In this document: positions 25,001 to 25,029 of the stretch, piece after piece
Position numbering within the stretch: position 1 is the stretch's first letter
Layout of the letters: each line of letters begins with the position of its first letter
Notes under the pieces: model-generated
Database searches by the model: none
What the model was told of the DNA's origin: nothing
What the model saw: the letters and a program-made list of their open reading frames with translations, nothing else
IMG/VR virus record: IMGVR_UViG_3300020194_000043
Coordinates: 1-25,029 of that record
DNA length: 25,029 nucleotides
Source: a virus
Taxonomy: Duplodnaviria > Caudoviricetes
Reading direction: 5' to 3' (one strand)
Made by a program: the position numbers and the translations under genes

Positions 25001-25029
25001 TTATCCAATACGATTTACCTAGCTTATTT

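Larger units (their letters stand above)
1..25029 (-). mobile_element. T7-like phage (Autographiviridae) genome segment, probably a temperate HTVC019P-type pelagiphage; free phage or prophage cannot be decided
   Basis: Single-subunit RNAP, T7-type replication and morphogenesis genes in conserved order on one strand; low GC; tRNA-Leu half upstream of RNAP. Host assignment is inference. Confidence 0.93.

Overview
25 kb of an AT-rich T7-like podovirus genome (Autographiviridae). Every real gene is on the minus strand, in T7 order read from the right end: RNA polymerase, GGCT-fold protein, small membrane protein, SSB (gp2.5), endonuclease I (gp3), coiled-coil ORF, primase/helicase (gp4), family A DNA polymerase (gp5), HNH-like ORF, hypothetical, exonuclease (gp6), DUF3310 kinase, two hypotheticals, gp6.5- and gp6.7-like ORFs, portal, scaffold, major capsid, tail tubular A/B, gp13-16 and a tail fibre (missed by the ORF track) that runs off the left edge. 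Low GC, gene content and an att-like tRNA fragment suggest an HTVC019P/HTVC011P-type pelagiphage infecting SAR11 (inference). Signals beyond the gene list: (1) the 5' half of tRNA-Leu(TAA) just upstream of RNAP, a probable integration site; (2) three T7-style RNAP promoters, consensus TAWATAGTTGC; (3) a pesticin-like muramidase domain on gp16 followed at once by an A9 run, where slippage in either direction would release it as a free lysin; (4) an A_AAA_AAG heptamer plus hairpin at the start of gp3, which would shift into the SSB C-terminal tail; (5) a structured capsid leader with a possible H-type pseudoknot and two mutually exclusive hairpins; (6) hairpin-rich, high-GC3 patches inside the DNA polymerase and tail tubular B genes. 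Protein calls come from motif recognition by eye; no database searches or folding programs were run.
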